NCBI RefSeq assembly: GCF_009914755.1 | Contig: NC_060928.1 | DNA length: 64,000 bases | Strand: one strand, 5' to 3' | From: the human T2T-CHM13v2.0 reference genome, Homo sapiens | Shown here: one piece after another, positions 14,858-27,990 of the stretch | How the letters are laid out: every line of letters starts with the position of its first letter | Position numbering within the stretch: the first letter of the stretch is position 1 | Program-made: the position numbers and the translations under genes | Notes under the pieces: model-generated | The model's database searches: none | Seen by the model: only the letters and a program-made list of their open reading frames with translations | Told to the model about the DNA's origin: nothing

Positions 14858-15115
14858 AGCAGGAATTGAATTTTAATTGGCCAATTTACAGAGGGGACTG
14901 GCATTGAGAGTCCCTCCCACTTGCGCTGAGCTGGGCAAGTTCAAGGCGATTCAGGCCGTCCAACTGGAGGCACATGTAGTACTTGTGAGGCTTTTACCAT
15001 GCTGTGGGGAGCAGAAAGAGCAGTAGCAGGGCAGAATGGCTTTTTATTCCACGACTGAATATGACATCCAATTGGCCAGAGGGTTGCTATCTGGGATGTT
15101 TCTATTTGCCACAAG
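14858..15115 (+). other. Candidate alternative SHROOM3 exon; ATG at 15036 encodes MAFYSTTEYDIQLARGLLSGMFLFAT(R) in frame with exon 4
   Basis: Acceptor cttctcttcttccctcttacag| at 14857, Kozak context AGAATGG, and consensus donor AAG|gtaagt at 15116 in phase 2. Confidence 0.5.
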
Positions 15116-15569
15116 GTAAGTTCAGTATTGTGTTAGAATGCGATTCAGAATCTTTCATTGCAGGATCCTCCAATGACAAGCCTTTAACAGCTGTCTTTTT
15201 GATATTGTGCTATATCTGTTTATAAAGAAAAATAACCAACTGCCTGTTAGGTTTAAACCTGTTTCTCTAAATTGTTATGAATATTCTCATTATTTGAATA
15301 TCTCACATGATTTGGTGTAGTATTAATATTTCTGTTCGGGAATTCTCATTCTCCTATGTATAAATACAGTCGCCCTATTTTTTATGATGTGTGTATCTTG
15401 ACTGGCTTTTTATCCCATTCAAATTAACAAGTGCTTTGTGCTGTGTACCTCACGGTTTTCCTTCCTCATTTCCCTGGGGAATTTCAGAGTAACCATTGCT
15501 GTTTCTTATGGGAATGGTTATATACCTATGTACTAGTAGCCAAGTTCTCTATTCTCATTGCCAATATTT

Positions 15570-16320
15570 GTATAAAGAAAGGGAAGTTTTTATTTTATTT
15601 GACTTTCACTTATTCCTTCTCTGATGCACTTCCTTTTTTTACACAGATCTAAGTTTCTGATCTATATCATTTTCCTTTTCTCTAAAGAACTTTTAATATT
15701 TCTTGCAAGGCAAGTCTATTGGCAACAAATTCCCTCAATTTTTGTTTACCTGAGAAAGACTTTACTTCTTTCAACACTTTTGAAGAATAATTTCACAGGA
15801 TCCAGAATCTATGTTGGTGTTTTTTGTTTGTTTGTTTTTCCTTTCAACACTTTCAATCTTTTACTCCACTCTCTTCTTTCTTGCATGGTTTCTGAGGAGA
15901 AGTCAGATGTAATTCTCATCTTTGCTCCCCTATAGGTGAGGTGTTTTTCCCATCTGGCTTCTTTCAGGCTGTTTGGCTTTATCTTTGGTTTTCTGTAGTT
16001 TGAAACTGACATACCTAGGTGTAGTTTTTCTGGTATTTATCTTGCTTCATGTTCTTGGAGCTTCCTGGATCTGTGGTTTGGTGTCTGACATTAATCTGGG
16101 GAGATTCTCAGTCATTATTGTTTCAAGAATTTCTTTTCTTCCTTTCCCTCTTTCTTTTCATTCTGGTATTTCCATTACGTCTATGTTACACCTTTTGTAG
16201 TTGTCTCTCAGTTCTTGGATATTCTGTTCTGGAATTTTCTGTCTTTTTTTCTCCTTGCCTTTCAGTTTTGAAGGTTTTTTATTCAGATATCCTCAGGCAC
16301 AAAGATTCTTTCCTTGGCCC
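15570..16320 (-). mobile_element. Old L1 ORF1-region fragment (L1M-type)
   Basis: Minus-strand translation MRITSDFSSETMQERREWSKRLKVLK resembles L1 ORF1p. Confidence 0.8.
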
Positions 16321-16329
16321 TGTCCAGCA

Positions 16330-16440
16330 TGCATGTGTGGGGCAGGGGTATGGGCAAGGAAATCTCTGTACCTTCCACTCAGCTTTGATGTGAACCTAAA
16401 ACTGCTCTAAAAAAATTTTTTTAAGTCTATTTTTTAAAAA
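16330..16440 (+). mobile_element. L1M (L1MC/MD-like) extreme 3' end
   Basis: ggaaatctctgtaccttccactcagctttgatgtgaacctaaaactgctctaaaaaaa. Confidence 0.7.
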
Positions 16441-18853
16441 AAGAAGACAAAAGGAACCCATGTGTATATTCTAAATTTCAAAGAAAAGGTATAGTCTTCT
16501 TATTCAACTTTGAGATTATAGTCATATATGAAAAGAAGTATTGATTGAGATTGCCAATTGTACATTATTTAACTCCATCACAATTGAAGATTTAAATACT
16601 TCATTATATTTTCTCTTATAATTCAAATTCAACTTTTATCCATATATAATCTTGATTTGAAATTTTCCTCCAGAATTATGCTAAATGTCAGCGCTTGCTT
16701 CTATAGATGCCTTTACTTAAAATAGGACATGGAAAAAAACAGGTGGATGCAACAGTCGTGGTAATGTTCTAGCTCTCTAGCTGATTTGAGTATTTATTTT
16801 ATTATTATAGGCATTCATTTTATTATTACACCATGTAAAAGATAAAAAAGACAACATGAACTGCTTATATTATCAAATTTGCTCATCTATATATAGAGAG
16901 ATTACAGGGCTGGTTTTCCCAGTTTTATTTGGCATTCTTTCATCTGAAAGTGAGTAAGAGAGAACGTTCTTTTGATTTTTATTCTCCCAAAGTGTCAGCT
17001 TCTGTTTGAGCAGTGGTAGTTAAACTCTTCTCTATTGTAAAATTTCTTGTGGAAATATTGGTAGGTAGGAATTGAGCTGGAGCAAGTGTTAAAGTCTTTT
17101 ACATTTTCAGCTGCTCTGCCTTAAAACCTTCACTATTCTTTTTATTTCAGTTCCAGTAACATTTGGAAACTTTATTTTAATGAAGTTTCTTTGCCAGTCT
17201 GAGTTGAAAATATAGATTCTTTTGAGCATTATTTAACATTTTTCACTAAAATTAATGCCTTCTGTCTTTTCCTTTGTTTTCTTATTGCCTCTAATTTCTT
17301 ACTTATGGCCTTTTCCTTTAAATGAAGAGGAAGACAGTGAAATAGAGAAGTGAAAAATATAACACAAGGCATCAGACTTACTCCAAAAGAGAATTCAGTT
17401 TGTTTGGTGTTAGAGGTTTGGGAGGGATTTGCTTTTGTTTAATGGAGTGGTGTTTAGAATAAATAACCATCAAAAGGTAAGGCTTCTGCCTCACACACAC
17501 AAATGCAAAAAACACAACCCTTTCTTCATTTGTTTTGAGGAGTGCAATTTAATTTATTCTTGGCCTTGTATAAAAATTAGCTTAATTTTGAAATATGTTG
17601 GTTGGTATTTGGACTCCTTTAAACTCTCAAAGGCAATCTTTTATGGGTTTCTCATTAAGGAGGAAGGTTTCCTGCTTAGGGGTAGCCTTCTCCGGGCACT
17701 CAGCCTCACCATCTGCTGGATAGAGGGGAGAAGCTCTACACCTTTTACTACACCCTGCTGAGCTGCTCCTCATTTGTCTGCCAGCAGAAGTCCTCTGGGA
17801 AAGCTCCCAGACATCTTCTCCCTAAAAAGCTATAGTAATTCAGGGGCACACACAACATTTCTAGCCCTCTGCAGCTATCTGAGCCTCTCTGAGATCCATG
17901 ACAGTCTTGGGGGTGTTTGCATGTGCCTGTCTGTGGAAAATAACACACCACCATGGAAGTGATTTCTCCTAAGTTTTAGCAACATATGCTATGGCACAGA
18001 AAAACAGTATGGAAGAAAATTCTAAAATCATATCTGATATCTGGAGAAATTGGTAGAAACCATCCTTCTTTCCTCCAACAAATAAAATGCCCAGTTCCAA
18101 ATGAGAGTTGAGAAACAGAAATTATTTATTGGTAATTAGAAGTTGTGCTATTCTATTTATGCTGTGCTGTTCTTTTGTAATTGAGTTTGTAAATTAATAA
18201 AAGGCAAAGATGAATGCTATTACACATCATAGATATTACAATGTTTGCATCAAATTCTGCTTGATTTTTATGCAGATGTTGACATGTAGGAAGGACAGTT
18301 GAATATTCTGATTCTCTGTGTGTGTCATTGCTGACAAAGGGGATATAAAGAGGGGAATATTGGGGAAAAAAACATTTCAATTTGTTACCCCCCGGCAATT
18401 GAATGAAAAACACCCCTGTTGCTAGTCCCTCTCTTTTATAGTAGTGTTTTCATGCAGTAATCAATAAAATTTAATCTTCAAAAACTGTTTCAGAATGGAG
18501 GATGGGGAGGAGATAACTAGTAGTGAAGGGGATATTGGGACAGGCATGGTAGAATGGGGTAAAGTAGGATACGAGAAAAGGGGCTGTATCTTTTATGCCA
18601 GTTTTGGTGTTACAGCGTTATGACTGCACATTAGCAGACTTCACACTTACTGATGCTTCAGCTGTCAAAACCAAAAGTCCCCAGGACATATTATCAGGAT
18701 GTGACATTTAAAAACAACTTTTCTTTCCAGAAGGGACTGTGTGTTGCTATGAGATGGTATTACCTAATGCATACCTTTCTACCTACTGAACCACTTTTTA
18801 AAGACACAGATATTAATGAGGGAATTATGAAAAGCCTTGGAAAAGTGTTTTTT

Positions 18854-18885
<32 letters not shown>

Positions 18886-18950
18886 GTGAATCCAAAAGGT
18901 CTGAGGGATAGTCTTGAGGAGCCTGGAAGTAGTTATAGAAACAAGGAGTT

Positions 18951-18982
18951 GGCCGGGTGCAGTGGTTCAGGCCTGTAATCCC
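18951..18982 (+). mobile_element. Alu 5' stub (first ~32 nt only)
   Basis: ggccgggtgcagtggttcaggcctgtaatccc followed by non-Alu sequence. Confidence 0.7.
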
Positions 18983-19312
18983 TTTGCTAATGGAGTGTTG
19001 AAGGACAATGGCCACCTTTTTTCGTGTTTTGAAAGATTCTTGTTTGTTTCAAATCTTTTAAAAATGCTTCAGACCTTTTCTGTCTCCTGTGAACATATTA
19101 TAAACATCTAAACACCATCTGAATGAAACAATGTTATGAGTGCAGCTCAGTGTTTTTTGACTTGGTCCCAGTTTTCCATTGCTATATGTTTTTATCATTA
19201 GTATTTGGGGCCTATCATTTTCCTATAAACAGTAAATGCCTAAAAAGGGATGTTGTTCAAATATGCATCATCTATTATTCTATACTAAAGAAGATATAAT
19301 CTCTCCCTGAAT

Positions 19313-19614
19313 TCTTTCTTTTTTTTTTTTTTTTTGAGGCAGAGTCTCGTTCTGTTGCCCAGGCTGGAGTGCAGTGGTGCAATCTCAGCTCATTGCAACC
19401 TCGCCTCCCGGAGTCAAGCGATTCTCCTGCCTCAGCCTTCTGAGTAGCTAGGATTACAGGCACGCACCACCACACCCCGCTAATTTTTGTATTTTTACTA
19501 GAGACGGGGTTTCACCATGTTGGTCAGGCTGGTCTTGAACTCCTGACCTCGTGGTCCGCCCACCTCGGCCTCCCAAAGTGCTGAGATTACAGGCCTGAGT
19601 CACCACGCCCGGCC
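19313..19614 (-). mobile_element. Alu (AluS, Sg-like)
   Basis: Full-length reverse Alu with poly-T at about 19313-19335 and gacctcgtg (no AG insertion). Confidence 0.9.
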
Positions 19615-19764
19615 TCCCCCCGAATTATTTCTACAGTGACATTTAATTGTTCATATTGAGTTTATTTCCTTTTTAAAATGTGAAAGGGGGCAATTTAGCA
19701 GTAATTATCAAAATTGGAAGTGCATTTACCCTTTGAGCCAGCAACTCCACTTTTAAGAATTTCT

Positions 19765-20113
<349 letters not shown>

Positions 20114-20256
20114 CTAGACATGAAAAAGTGTCTACAAAAGGGGTCTGGTTAAACAAATATATGCATACGGTGGAGTACTAGGTAGCTGAAAGGAAATAAA
20201 GGTATGAGGAAGCTCTGTAAATACTGGTATAGAATGATCTTCAATATGTTTGAGGG

Positions 20257-20380
20257 CTTTTATTTGAGAAGGGGGTCTCAGTTTTGCCCAGGCTGATCAT
20301 AAACTCCTGAGCTCAAGCAATTCTACCACCTCAGACTTTCAAGTAGCTGGGACTACAGGCGTGAGCCACCATGCCCAGCT
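20257..20380 (-). mobile_element. Alu monomer (FLAM-like)
   Basis: gtctcagttttgcccaggctg...aactcctgagctcaagcaatt...gtgagccaccatgcccagc. Confidence 0.75.
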
Positions 20381-20694
20381 GAATATGTATTGTTGAGTAA
20401 AAAAGCAAGGGATAGAACAGGCCATGAAGTTTCTTTTGGGAAAGGAGTGAAATGAGATTATATGTTCATGTTTGCCTGTATTTGCATAACAGAACACTGG
20501 AAAAGATACTTAAGAAATTAACTACAGTGGTTAGCTTGTAGGGGCAAGAGAAATGGGTGTGGTGGAGGAGGAATACCAGAAGTAAATATGGGGAAAATAT
20601 GAAGACTTTATAAACTTTATAAATTTTGATGATGCATACATGGTTATTTATATTAATCCAGATACATTTATATATGTTTAAAATGTTTCATAAG

Positions 20695-20845
20695 CAAGGC
20701 ATAGGGGTACGTGCTATAGTCCTAGCTACTTAGGAGGCTGTGATGGGAGGATTGTTTGAGCCCAGGAGTTCAAGGCTGCAGTACGCTATGATCATGCCAC
20801 TGCACTCCAGCTTGGGTGACAGAGTGAGACCCTGCCTCAAAAAAC
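20695..20845 (+). mobile_element. Alu monomer (FRAM/J right-arm-like)
   Basis: ctatagtcctagctacttaggaggctg...gagttcaaggctgcagt...gagaccctgcctcaaaaaa. Confidence 0.75.
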
Positions 20846-20929
20846 GATTTCATAATTTTAAAAATACATGAGGAAAAATGGGGAAAAACAGCAGTGGCAT
20901 GTAAAAAGAATCTTTAAAAACAATGCTTT

Positions 20930-21376
20930 ACTATTCACAATAGCAAAGACATGGAATCATCCTAAAGGGCCATCAATGACAGATTGGATAAAGAAAATGT
21001 GCTACCTATACACCATGGAATACTATGCAGCCGTAAAAAAGAATGAGATAATGTCTTTTGCAGGAACATGGATGGAGCTGGAGGCCATTATCCTTAGCAA
21101 ACTAACGCAGGAACAGAAGACCAAATTCTGCATGTTCTCATAAGTGGGAGCTAAATGATGAGAACACATGGACATATGGAAGGGAACAACACACACTGGG
21201 GCCTACTTGAGGGTGAAGGGTAGGAGGAGAGAGAAGATCAGAAAACATAACTATTGGGTACTAGGCTTAGTGCCTGGGTGATGGAATAATCTATATAACA
21301 CCCCCAGTCCATGACACAAGCTTACCTATATAACAAACCTGCATGTGTACCCCTAAAATTAAAGTTAAAAAAAAAA
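20930..21376 (+). mobile_element. L1PA (older primate L1) 3' end with poly-A
   Basis: ORF2 C-terminal remnant (LFTIAKTWNHPKGPSMTDWIKKM...MELEAIILSKLTQEQKTK), then 3'UTR and A tail. Confidence 0.9.
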
Positions 21377-21984
21377 CCAGTGCTTTATCCCCAGCTAAGC
21401 ACAGTGTTCAATAAGAATATGATGAAGATCTACAATTCAAATATTTGAAATTTTAATTTAATAGACCTAATTTGCAGAATATATTGATGTATTTTGTTTC
21501 TTTTTTGGGGGATATGGGGGTGTTTGATTAGAACTTTCTTATGATGGACTTTGTCTCATAGTATTGCGCACTAAACAATAATGGATGGAGAGGTTGATGG
21601 GTTAGTAAGGGGTTTAAGAAATATGGTAACTTTTATTTTGTGGTGCTGGTAGTCTGAGTATATTTTGTATTCTTATACACTTGACTCGGGTCCAGTTGAT
21701 AACTGGCAGAGTTTTATAACACTGCACCGAGAAGAGCCCATGCAACATGTGTCATAACAGTTCGTTAAAGAATAGCATCAACAAAAAAATTAGTTCTTAG
21801 AATTTTTTATTTTCCAACTAATAGTTGTCACTTTCTCCATTTATCCAAAGCATACCAATCTTTCAAGGTCATCTGAAGTCCCACTGTACTACTAAGCCTT
21901 CTGGCTGACTTCAGACCCCATTCATGTGAGCTTTTTGTATCCAAAATGCCTCTACAGCCTCGGTGGCCCAATATGATCTGAATT

Positions 21985-22580
21985 TTATACCATCTGCTCT
22001 TCACTCACAAGGCTCTGGCTATACTCTCTTGTATTCTTTAAAAACCCAAACTCATTCCTCCTCTCAAGGATTTTGCATTCATTTTTCCTTTGGAGCTATA
22101 TATTCTTCTCCTAGCTCTTTGCATGGTTAATTATTTCTTATCATTTAGGTCTTGGTTTGAATGTCACTTGCTCATAGAGGCTGTCTCTGACTTAAATGGG
22201 GACTTTCCATCACACTCTCACATTACCCAGTTTTATTTCCTTCAGAACCCTTATAACTATATGAGAATATCTTGTTTGATTTGCTTACTTGCTTACTCCC
22301 TGTCTCCCTCCTCTGCCTCTCCCACCTCATTGCACAGTGCTCCTTACTTGCAAATTAAAAGCACAGGCTCTGGAGAGAGATGCCTGGGTTTAGTAGCTGT
22401 GCTGCTCACTACATTTGTGACAGTGAACACATTGTTTATTCTGTATTTACCTCACTTTCCTCATTAATAGTCCTGTATCATAAAGGTAATATAAAGGCTA
22501 AGTGAGAAAATACTCGTCAAGTGCCTAGAATGGTGGTTGGCACTCAGTAGGCACTCAAATATTTTTTGAGTGAATGAATG
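21985..22580 (+). mobile_element. L2 3' fragments with an embedded MIR
   Basis: tcatttaggtcttggtttgaatgtcac...; ends tggcactcagtaggcactcaaatattttttgagtgaatgaatga. Confidence 0.6.
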
Positions 22581-23219
22581 ATGCTCTGACTTTGTTTAAT
22601 AGTTTTTCTTGCATCTGAGCCTCCCCAGCAAGATTATAAACTCTTAGGCCTTCCAAGACCTTGCAGAGCTCCAACTATAATTTAACAAGGTTGAAGGCAC
22701 ATAGGTGATTAGTGAATACTGCTTAAAATACTGAACTTACTGTAGATTTCTCAGAAACTTGTTTTGCATTCCTGAATCTCTCTGTGTTAGGGCAAAATCA
22801 TCTAAGAAGGACATCATGTCACTTGCGAATTCCAGTTTCATCAGCCTACCCATCCCACGCAGTTAAGCTTCCTTGTTTGTGGTTAGGAATGCAACAAAAG
22901 GGCTTTGTTTGAATTACACCCACACACAAAACTTAGTTTGCTAAATTTTAAAATTAAACCATCTTCTGACTTACTGATATGCTCATGATGTGATGTACTT
23001 TAGGAAAATATTTCTTTAAGTTCTTAAAGATCAAAGTGATCCCAAAATGTAAAATTAGTATGCCATGCTCTTTAGGAATGCTTATTAAATGTTTCGCATC
23101 ATTGAGAAAGTCAGCTGTTTAACTGAAAAAATAGCTGTTTAATTTTTTTTTTTTAACTCTCAAGCTACAGTGAATTGTATTTTCAAAATGAAAGACTATT
23201 TTAAAAATACTTTGCTTTT

Positions 23220-23640
23220 CAATAGGTAATACATGCGTATAGTATAAAATTTGAAAAGTTACAAAATGAAATACAGTGAAAATAAGTTTTCCTTCCCAGA
23301 GGCAGTCATTGTATCTAGTTTCTTAAGTGTCCTTCCAAAACTACTCTTTACGTTAATATACACACATGTGATTTTCCCCACATACTGTAGCAGACTGTAC
23401 ATGTAATTCTGCATCTTTCCAGTGTAACAATATATTTGGAGATATTTCCATATCAGTATGTATAGAGATACTTCATCCTTTTTAACAGCCATTATATGGA
23501 TATACCACACTGAGTTAACTAGTCTGCTGCTAATGGGCATTTAGGTTGTCTTCCAATCTTTTGATGGGTATGTTATTTTAAAAATCATTTGCTAGATGTT
23601 GTCAAACTGGCCTTCATTCAGGTTGTACTGATATACACTG
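23220..23640 (-). mobile_element. Old L1ME-like fragment
   Basis: ggagatatttccatatcagta...tgggcatttaggttgtcttccaatctttt. Confidence 0.6.
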
Positions 23641-25269
23641 GTGGGCTATTTTTGGTCATCCTTTTCAATTCTTCGCTTATTTCATCACTTACCTCCTATC
23701 TGTACGGTATGGAAGAATCTTATAAAACAAAGATTTATCTCCGAAGCCCTCTCCCAACATATCTTCTGCATCTAAAAGAAAAGTTGTTTTTTGTTTTTTT
23801 TTCCTCGTGTTTTTGTTTTTTTCAGGGCCTTTTGATTTGCTTCCCCCTCCCCACCCCCACCGCCAAAATCATCCTGTCATCTTGTTCTTAATCTATTAGA
23901 ACTGTGATGAAACCTGATACTCTGCCCAGGGCAAATAAATAGTTACCTCTCCAACCTCCTCCAAAGTAAAAGCTCCAAAGTTGAGTTTGCTGTCTTTGTA
24001 TTGCAGGTATTGGACCTACTTTCTAAAGCACTTATTTTATCTGTACTGTAGGAATTATTTCATTTGCTCTTTCCTGCAGAATGTAAGCTCCTTAAAGGCA
24101 GAGACAATATCTTAGTCATTATTTCTTTAAAATATCTCTTTAAAATTTGTTTAATTTTTTATTTTCTTAAATGGACATTTAATTGTACATATTTATGGGG
24201 TACATAATGATGTTTCAGTACAAATAATGTATAGTGATGAGATAAGGATAATTAAATATTTTTAAATATCAGTTTCAACTCTTCTAGTCCTCATGTACCA
24301 CATCCCTGGAGCCCGATCCCGTGTGTCACCTCCCTCACTTCTCCCTCTTCCAGGTTAGGTTCATCATGAAAACAGAGGACATTGGGTACGAGGTCCCCTC
24401 AACTTTTCGTGCTACCTACTTGCTTTCACATTTGCCAGCATCCACCTTTCTTCTATCTCAACAGCACTGGCTTTCCTCCTCCATAAGCTCATACCCTTCA
24501 CCTGAGTGTTTGAATCCCATCCCTTCCTGAGTCTTTAAGGAGTCCTCCTCCTGTGTCCTGTGTCTTCAGATGGGCCTCTGCACGCTCTCTGCCTTATAGA
24601 CACTTGCTTGAACTTCTCATTTAAAACAAAAACATTAGGAACAAAACCTTTTCACTCCCTGGATCCCTTCAGTCTTCTAGCTACCACCCTCTTCTCCCCT
24701 TTAGAAACAGGTTTTTGAAGGAATCATCTGCCCATACTGCCTGTCTTATCCCTTGTTCACCTTTAGCCCCATCCTAAACCATGCCATTGCAAGGACTTGC
24801 TAGTTGCCAAATCCAGTGGCCATGCATCTACCCTCATCACACTAACCTCTTTACAGCATTGCAGTGGTTGACAGTTTCCTCCTCCTCCTCACTCTCCCCA
24901 CTAGAAATCTGTGAGACTCCCATACTTAACTTGTTTTCCTCCTCCTTCTGTGGAAGCTCCTCTTGGGCTTTTTCCCAGGCTCCCTCTCCCCTAAATTTTG
25001 ATCATTCTCAGAGACTCATCCTTAAATCATTTCCTTTGTCTCCCTGTTCATTCTCCTCAAGTCACTTATCTTCTCTCAAAGGCCCTGTGTTTTGTGACTT
25101 GTAAATTTCTATATGCAGCCCAGCCCTCAGTCCTCTAGTCCTTCTCCACTGAAAGTCCCACAGGCACTCATTCGCATGCCCCAGAATGAGCCATCAGCAT
25201 CCTGCTTATTTCCTCTTCTCTCTCTCCACTCCCATCCCCTCCATCTAAAAAAAAAAAAAAAAAAAAAAT

Positions 25270-25475
25270 TTAAGAGACTGTCTCTCTGGAAGCTGCAATG
25301 CAGTGGCACACAGTCATTGCTCGCTACAGCTTCAAACTCCTGGGTTCAAGTGATTCTCCTGCTTCAGCCTCTGAGTAGTGGGGACTACAGGTGGATGCCA
25401 CCACACCCAGCTAATTAAAAAAAAAATTGAGCCCCCTGCCTCAGCCTCCCAAGTAACTCAGCTTATAGGCACAAG
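25270..25475 (-). mobile_element. Degenerate Alu (J-like) with internal deletion
   Basis: gcagtggcacacagtcattgctcgctacagcttcaaactcctgggttcaagtgattctcctgcttcagcc. Confidence 0.7.
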
Positions 25476-26312
25476 CAAACTAGAGGGCCTATCTGGAACC
25501 CCTGAAGTTATCAGTAAACGTTGTCTCACACCTCATCTCCTTGACAGGAAGACATCTTTTTTCCTGTGGAGCCTGTGGAATTTATCACTTTCTATTTCTC
25601 TTGGGTGGGAAAATCTTCTCGGCATCTAGCTAGGCATGGACAGATACTGTTGGGTGATGATGCCACTGAAGAGCCGTCCTTAGTGTCACGTGGTGCTGGT
25701 CTGAGGTCACGGTCCATTGGTGTCCATTGGCTTCTCAAGGCCAATACCCAGTCCCGGGGCTAATTTCTACTACTGAGAGTGATTCTGCCAACTCCCTTCA
25801 CTAAGTAGTGGGAATGAGCAGTAGGAAGATGACAGTTTGTTCTTTCTCTTCTTTCTCCTAATGTATTTTGGGCCCACTGGGGTCTAAAATGATACATACA
25901 TGAAACACCTCTAGGTATCTCATGCAAAAGAGACTTTATTTTTTCTTTGAGGCTGGGCTTTTGCTATGTGATTAAGCAGTGGCATTTGTTGAGTACCTGA
26001 AGTCATATATAACTGGGTTTAAACCCTTACTCCCAGACTTACTAGCTGTGTGATTTGGGCCAGCCCCTGAAGGGTTTAGAGCACTAGGAAGGATTTCTAA
26101 TCATTGGATGGAACAAGGTGATAAACCAGGAATCTAAGTCAGTGAGGCAGCCTACCTTCAAGGAACCGGTTGAAGATGCAGCAGCCTAATTTCTGGGGAC
26201 TTTGGTGTCCAAAATTAGAGAAGGACTAGCAGCAAGAATACTGAACTGCTAAGATGCTGAGCCATGAACCCTCAGGCTCCCTGCCTACCTGCACTGAGAA
26301 AAAGGTTGATTC

Positions 26313-26887
<575 letters not shown>

Positions 26888-26925
26888 TTACATGGGACCT
26901 GTTATTGAAGATTAGAGAGGTATGG

Positions 26926-27284
26926 TGATATGGTTTGGCTGTGTCCCCAACAAAATCTCATCTTTAATTCCCACGTGTTGTGGGAGGGACCCGGTGGGAG
27001 GTAATTGAATGATGGAGGCAAGTCTTTCCCATGCTGTTCTCATGATAGTGAATAAGTCTCATGAGATCTAGGTTTTAAAAAGAGGAGTTCCCCTGCAAAT
27101 GCTCTCTCTCTCTTTGCCTGCTTCCATCCATGTAAGATGTGACTTGCTGCTCCTTGCCTTCTGCCATGATTGTGAGGCCTCTCCCTAAGCCATGTGGAAG
27201 TGTGAGTCCATTAGACCTCTTTCTTTTGTAAATTGCCCAGTCTCAGGTATGTCTTTATCAGCAGCGTGAGAATGAACTAATACA
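26926..27284 (+). mobile_element. THE1 (THE1A/B-like) MaLR solo LTR
   Basis: tgatatggtttggctgtgtcccc ... gtctttatcagcagcgtgagaatgaactaataca. 5-bp TSD tatgg/tgtgg. Confidence 0.92.
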
Positions 27285-27568
27285 TGTGGGGACAAGGAGG
27301 CAAACAAATTGTCATATGTTGGTTCTGCTGTTGATGTCTTGATTTTGCATCTACTTCATCTCCTTAGCCCAAGCTGTGCACCTGCTCCCTTTTGTTCCTT
27401 TATAGTTTCCAGGTGGGTGAGGTCTGTTTCTTTTTGGCCTATGTTTACCCCCGTGATTTCAGGTCACAGCCACTGCTCTGATGGCTCCCTTCCTCACCAC
27501 CATGGCCAGGGTCCGAAAGGCTGTGACCATGGTAAGTCTCAGGCCAGGCTCTGTCATAATTATTGACT

Positions 27569-27618
27569 CAATACCTCACTGGGGAGCTCGGGGCAATACC
27601 TCACTGGGGAGCTCGGGG
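27569..27618 (+). repeat. Perfect 25-bp tandem duplication CAATACCTCACTGGGGAGCTCGGGG x2
   Basis: Read directly from the sequence. Confidence 0.95.
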
Positions 27619-27759
27619 CTGGGCGCCTCATCAGCACCAGCAGTTCCTGCCCATTCTTGTCTCCCTCATCATTTACCATCCTTCTTTTTAAAGATCTCTG
27701 AAGGCTTGTCTCCCTACCCTGTCTACTATTCATCAACTTATTAGTAATGAATGATGGTA

Positions 27760-27990
27760 ATAAGACTTAACATTTATTGAGCTCTTACTATGGGCCAGGT
27801 GTGTTTTCTCATTTTTAATCTCACAAAACTCCGTCAATAGGTTCTACTATAATCTGCCCTTCATTGATAAGGAAACTCAGGGTGATTACGAAATTTACCT
27901 GAGATCTAAAAGCTAAAACCAGTGGTATTCAGTTTAAATCTGGATTAGAACCCAGGTTTTTCTTATCTCAGAGCTGGTACCCTTAGCTAC
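27760..27990 (-). mobile_element. MIR SINE
   Basis: aacatttattgagctcttactatgggccagg...tttaatctcacaaaac...gataaggaaactcagg. Confidence 0.65.

Noticed and set aside
17429-17761. 110-aa ORF and donor-like AAG|gtaagg at 17477
   Set aside because: Non-ATG start, the nearest ATG closes after six codons, and no convincing acceptor was found.
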